64,000 nucleotides of DNA from Candidatus Hydrothermales bacterium (GTDB lineage Bacteria; Hydrothermota; Hydrothermia; Hydrothermales; JAJRUZ01): the NCBI GenBank assembly GCA_039630575.1, contig JBCNUW010000010.1, forward strand, positions 1-64,000, given 5' to 3'. Position numbers and translations under genes: made by a program. Under the pieces are notes generated by a model, which saw only the letters and a program-made list of their open reading frames with translations, was not told the origin of the DNA and did no database searches. Below are positions 60,511 to 64,000 of the stretch, piece by piece. Each line of letters starts with the position of its first letter. The stretch's first letter is position 1.

Positions 60511-61410
60511 ATGAAATTATTTTTTATATTTCTTCTGTTTAAAAGTTTAGATTCACCCCTTAAGGAACTTTTACCACCTGATTCCTTTGATTTTGCGGTT
60601 GCACTTATTTCTGATGTCGGTAACAATTTCGAACCCTGTGGATGTGGAAATCCACCATTTAAAGGTGGTGAACTTTCTAAAAGGGTTTATTTAGCAAAAA
60701 AGCTTCATGAAAAGTACAATAAAAAGATTTTGATTTTTGATACAGGAAATTATGTAAGTCCATCGTCAAATAAGGAATTCTTGAAAATTTTCAAAAAAAT
60801 ATTAAAACTTATGAGAGTAAAGGCTATGGCTCTTGGACAAAGAGAAGCTTTTTCAAATAAAGAAGAACTTGAATATTTAATTAAAAATCTTAAATATCCA
60901 TACATAAATATGAATTCTGATTTTAAAGACCTTTTAAAGCCCTATGAGATTTTTCATATAGGTAAAACGAAAATTTACTTTACATCCTACAATCCAAAAA
61001 ACATATCTAATGAAATTTCTGACTATGAATCATCTGTATTCGAAAAATTTAAAAAGGAGCTAAAGAATAAAAACTCAATCTTATTTATTGTGACACCCTT
61101 TTATACTGAATTACCAATTGATACAAATCTCTGTGTTTTTAATATTATAGGAAACTCCGCTAAATTTGAAGTAAGTCTAAAGAGGGAAAAGGGCACATAC
61201 ATCCTAACAGTATCAAGGTATGGTATATATTTACCTGTTATATTTTTCTCAGTTAAAAACGATGTAATAAATGTTAAAAAGGTTGTTAATATTCCATTAG
61301 ACGAGAAAGTAGAAAAGGATTCTGAGGTGGAAAAATTGAGAGAAAGTTGGGAAGATAAAAGGAAAAGAGAAATTGAGGAGATGAGAAAAAAATTTTTAAA
61401 GAGTAGCTAA
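60511..61410 (+). CDS. UshA/5'-nucleotidase-like metallophosphoesterase-fold protein with PCGC motif
   Basis: SDVGNNFEPCGC...GGELSKR, FDTGN, ALGQRE, PYINMN. Confidence 0.6.
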   Translation: MKLFFIFLLFKSLDSPLKELLPPDSFDFAVALISDVGNNFEPCGCGNPPFKGGELSKRVYLAKKLHEKYNKKILIFDTGNYVSPSSNKEFLKIFKKILKLMRVKAMALGQREAFSNKEELEYLIKNLKYPYINMNSDFKDLLKPYEIFHIGKTKIYFTSYNPKNISNEISDYESSVFEKFKKELKNKNSILFIVTPFYTELPIDTNLCVFNIIGNSAKFEVSLKREKGTYILTVSRYGIYLPVIFFSVKNDVINVKKVVNIPLDEKVEKDSEVEKLRESWEDKRKREIEEMRKKFLKSS

Positions 61411-61413
61411 TTT

Positions 61414-61800
61414 TTATTTTTTTTGGATTGTATCGATTGTTTGAGTATCTTTTATAATACCAAAAATTTCAAAGACTTTTGAATTACCTAAGTTTTCCCA
61501 CCTATCAAGGGCTTGAAAAGTGATTTCCCACTTATTGTGAGGAGGAGGTAGGAGAAATTCATAAGGTGGGATTGTATCGATTTGGAATTCTTTTCCGTTC
61601 AGTAATAATTTTACCCATACTATTTTAGATTTGTCTTCTACGGATAAAATTATTTTAAAAGTGTCTCTTATAGTATCTTTTTCTTTTAAATTTAAAATAG
61701 TGATTGATGGTGCTTCAATATCTGGTTTACCAGGAGGTGGAGCTTTGTATCCACAGCAAAAAAGAACTAAAGCTAAAAGTTTTATTTTGGAAAAATTCAT
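61414..61800 (-). CDS. Ig-like domain lipoprotein
   Basis: LVLFCC lipobox, APPPGKPDIEAPSITI, EDKSKI..V, PPYEF, ALDRWEN. Confidence 0.65.
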   Translation of the reverse strand: MNFSKIKLLALVLFCCGYKAPPPGKPDIEAPSITILNLKEKDTIRDTFKIILSVEDKSKIVWVKLLLNGKEFQIDTIPPYEFLLPPPHNKWEITFQALDRWENLGNSKVFEIFGIIKDTQTIDTIQKK

Positions 61801-61823
61801 TTTATTTAGTATATAATAAAAAA
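61801..61823. promoter_or_regulatory. Overlapping bidirectional -10 elements for two apparently leaderless genes
   Basis: TATAAT (61812-61817) 6 nt before ATG 61824 on +; TATACT (61813-61808) 7 nt before ATG 61800 on -. Confidence 0.55.
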
Positions 61824-62444
61824 ATGGAGAATGTCACACCAACAAGGATGGTTATGCTTTTAAAAAAGAGGCAGATAAAAGTTGCAGAAAGTGGAGTGTC
61901 TCTTTTAAAGAACAAAAGAGATGCCCTCCTTTCTGAATTCCTAAATTTAATAAAACCACTTCTTAAGGAGTATAAGGAATTAGATAGAACTATTAAGAAA
62001 GCGGTAAACACCCTTATTTTTGCTCTTGGAAAGGATGGCTCAGAAGAATTAAGATCTGCTGCCCTTTTATCTGCAAAAGAGTTAGTACTAAAAATGAGAG
62101 AAAAGAAACTTTGGGGTGTTTCTGTTCCTGAAGTTGAAAAAAAGGATGGTAAAAAGGGGATCTCTTCAAAACTTTTCAGTCCTTTTTCAGTTACTACAAG
62201 AATAGATGAAACTACGTTAGTTTTTGAGAATTTAATAGATAAAATTCTTAAAATAGTTCCACTTGAGATCAAGTTTAAGAGAATAGGGGAGGAGATAAAA
62301 AAAACAACAAGAAGAGTAAATGCTCTTGAGCAAAAAATAATACCAAGACTTAAAGAAGAGGTGACCTATATAAGAAGAACTCTCGAAGATAGAGAAAGAG
62401 AGGACAAATTTAGAATGAAGCTTTTAAAAAGAAAGAGGGTGTAA
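61824..62444 (+). CDS. atpD: V/A-type ATP synthase subunit D
   Basis: MENVTPTRM, GVSLLKNKRDAL, WGVSVP, EIKKTTRRVNALE, LEDREREDKFR; start reassigned from 61704. Confidence 0.9.
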   Translation: MENVTPTRMVMLLKKRQIKVAESGVSLLKNKRDALLSEFLNLIKPLLKEYKELDRTIKKAVNTLIFALGKDGSEELRSAALLSAKELVLKMREKKLWGVSVPEVEKKDGKKGISSKLFSPFSVTTRIDETTLVFENLIDKILKIVPLEIKFKRIGEEIKKTTRRVNALEQKIIPRLKEEVTYIRRTLEDREREDKFRMKLLKRKRV

Positions 62445-62445
62445 A

Positions 62446-64000
62446 ATGCCACTGATGCAATCAATAAGAAAGAACGCGAGGTTTGTGTTAATTTTAATGG
62501 CTATTACATTTATTTTGTGGATTTTTCTTGAACTTGGAATGAATATTGCAGGTTATGAAGTTACAAAACCTTATCAGAGAGGAATAATAGCTGAGATTGA
62601 CAAGGTTCAGGTAAGTTATGATTCTTATCAAGATTTATTAAATGAGCTTATTGAGAGGGAAAGGAATTTAAGGGGTGATTTAACTGATAGAGATATTGCA
62701 GTAATTGAATCGAGGGCTTTTGATGAGCTTTTATTTAGGATAAGATTTTCTGAAATAAAAAAGAAGAGGAAATTGATAGTTGATGATAATCTTTTAAATA
62801 CAATAATTATGAATGCACCACCACCTGAGGTTTTGCAAGATAGTTCTTTCTGGATAAAGGATAGTTTTGATGTTAACAGGTACAGAGAATTTTTAGAAGA
62901 TCCAGCAAATAGAGAACTTGTTTTAAGATATGCAAAAAATATAATAGAATCTTACCCTATTGAACTAATGAATCTTGATATTACCTCTATGTTACATATA
63001 TCTAAAGATGAGTTAGAGAAGGAACTTTTTAAAAGATTGACAGATTTTTCTTTTAAATATTATCAAGTTTTTTATTTGCAAATTCCTGATACTCAAATTA
63101 AATTTAATGACGACAGTTTAAAGAATTATTATGAGAAAAATAAAAAAGATTTTAAAAAAGAAGGTTTTTACAAAATAGGTTATGTAAAGTTTGAGTTAAA
63201 GCCTTCAAAGTCTGATAGTGATTTCGTTTTAGAGGATTTAAGAGAAATAAGAGATCTTTTAATAAATAAAAAAATTGATATATTTGAGGCAAATAGAACT
63301 TATAATAGAATATTGAGATATAAAAAAGACACGACATATAGTTGTGTAGAGGGTTCAAGAAAGTATGAGACTTTAGGTAATTATAAAGAAAAGGATATAA
63401 CCGAGCCTGTAATTATAGGTGATACTGCTTTTATTTTCTTTGTAGAAAGTAAAGGAAAAAAAGAGATAAAGTATAGAGTTTTAGTTGCAGTTGCAGTAAC
63501 AACAAGTTATGAGACAAGGATGAATTTAAAAGACAGGGTGATTAACTTATTTAGGGAAGCAAAAAGTAGAGGTTTAAAGGTGGTGGCAGAATCTCATAAA
63601 GTTGAATATGTAGAAAGTGGAGAGATTCCTTATAACTTACCTTTCATTCCAGGTGTTGGGGAAAATGATGCAATAATAGAGTGGATCAAAAAATCAAAGA
63701 AAGGTTCTATTCAAAAATTTTGGACCCCTGATGGTTTTTATATTATAGAGATTCTCGATAAAAAGCAACCTAGATTTGAAGATTTTGAAGAGGTGAAAAG
63801 TAGAGTGAAGTTTATGTATTTAAGATCAAAAAAAGAGAAATTAGGTCTTAAAATATCTGAGAAAATATTAAAAGGAGAAGTTTATGATACAAGCTTTGTG
63901 GTAAAAAAAGATTTTAAGGATGTGAATTTTTATGATCGAGTATTTGGCTTACAGTATCCTGATAGGGTTTATGGAGTTCTTATAAACATGAATGTGGGTG
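62446..64000 (+). CDS. PpiD/SurA-N domain periplasmic chaperone (3' end beyond window; not in ORF track)
   Basis: MPLMQSIRKNARFVLILMAITFILWIF...IAEIDKVQVSY...FDVNRYREFL...LKNYYEKNKKDF...FEEVKSRV. Confidence 0.75.
   Translation, partial: MPLMQSIRKNARFVLILMAITFILWIFLELGMNIAGYEVTKPYQRGIIAEIDKVQVSYDSYQDLLNELIERERNLRGDLTDRDIAVIESRAFDELLFRIRFSEIKKKRKLIVDDNLLNTIIMNAPPPEVLQDSSFWIKDSFDVNRYREFLEDPANRELVLRYAKNIIESYPIELMNLDITSMLHISKDELEKELFKRLTDFSFKYYQVFYLQIPDTQIKFNDDSLKNYYEKNKKDFKKEGFYKIGYVKFELKPSKSDSDFVLEDLREIRDLLINKKIDIFEANRTYNRILRYKKDTTYSCVEGSRKYETLGNYKEKDITEPVIIGDTAFIFFVESKGKKEIKYRVLVAVAVTTSYETRMNLKDRVINLFREAKSRGLKVVAESHKVEYVESGEIPYNLPFIPGVGENDAIIEWIKKSKKGSIQKFWTPDGFYIIEILDKKQPRFEDFEEVKSRVKFMYLRSKKEKLGLKISEKILKGEVYDTSFVVKKDFKDVNFYDRVFGLQYPDRVYGVLINMNVG

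Noticed and set aside
2229..63358. Numerous 60-160 aa ORFs antisense to or nested in long genes (e.g. 2690-3085, 52170-52562, 61802-62272)
   Set aside because: Phe/Ser/Leu-rich shadows of Lys/Glu-rich genes with no motifs or initiation signals
1..64000. CRISPR array, IS element, prophage or defence system
   Set aside because: No regularly spaced direct repeats, transposase, integrase, phage structural or recognisable defence genes seen

Overview
Gene-dense, very AT-rich (about 28% GC by eye) bacterial chromosomal segment. It is probably from a thermophilic, diderm, FCB-affiliated lineage such as candidate phylum WOR-3/Hydrothermae; this is inferred from T9SS-like C-terminal domains, an FCB-type SecA insertion, thermophile-type polyamine genes and several archaeal-like enzymes. 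Most content is housekeeping (secA, asnS, metK, frr-uppS-cdsA, rplU-rpmA, sdhACDB, truD, thiE, ispE, divIVA, pilQ, wzc/wzx/wcaJ, three tRNAs without encoded CCA), plus several large secreted beta-propeller or repeat proteins. No mobile element, CRISPR array or defence island is evident. The strongest unexplained signal is non-coding: a free-standing tRNA T-arm mimic (GG-TTCAAAT-CC hairpin) occurs four times exactly, plus one variant, in 5' leaders. It is always on the sense strand, 18-27 nt upstream of the start codon, and three of the five leaders have no Shine-Dalgarno sequence. The window also has intact genes that appear to start at ATT or ATC, apparent leaderless genes at bidirectional promoters, very short signal-peptide-like N-termini, and a -1 frameshift at a T-TTA-AAA heptamer separating a signal peptide from a roughly 1250-aa secreted protein. 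Together these suggest unusual translation-initiation or RNA-processing biology.
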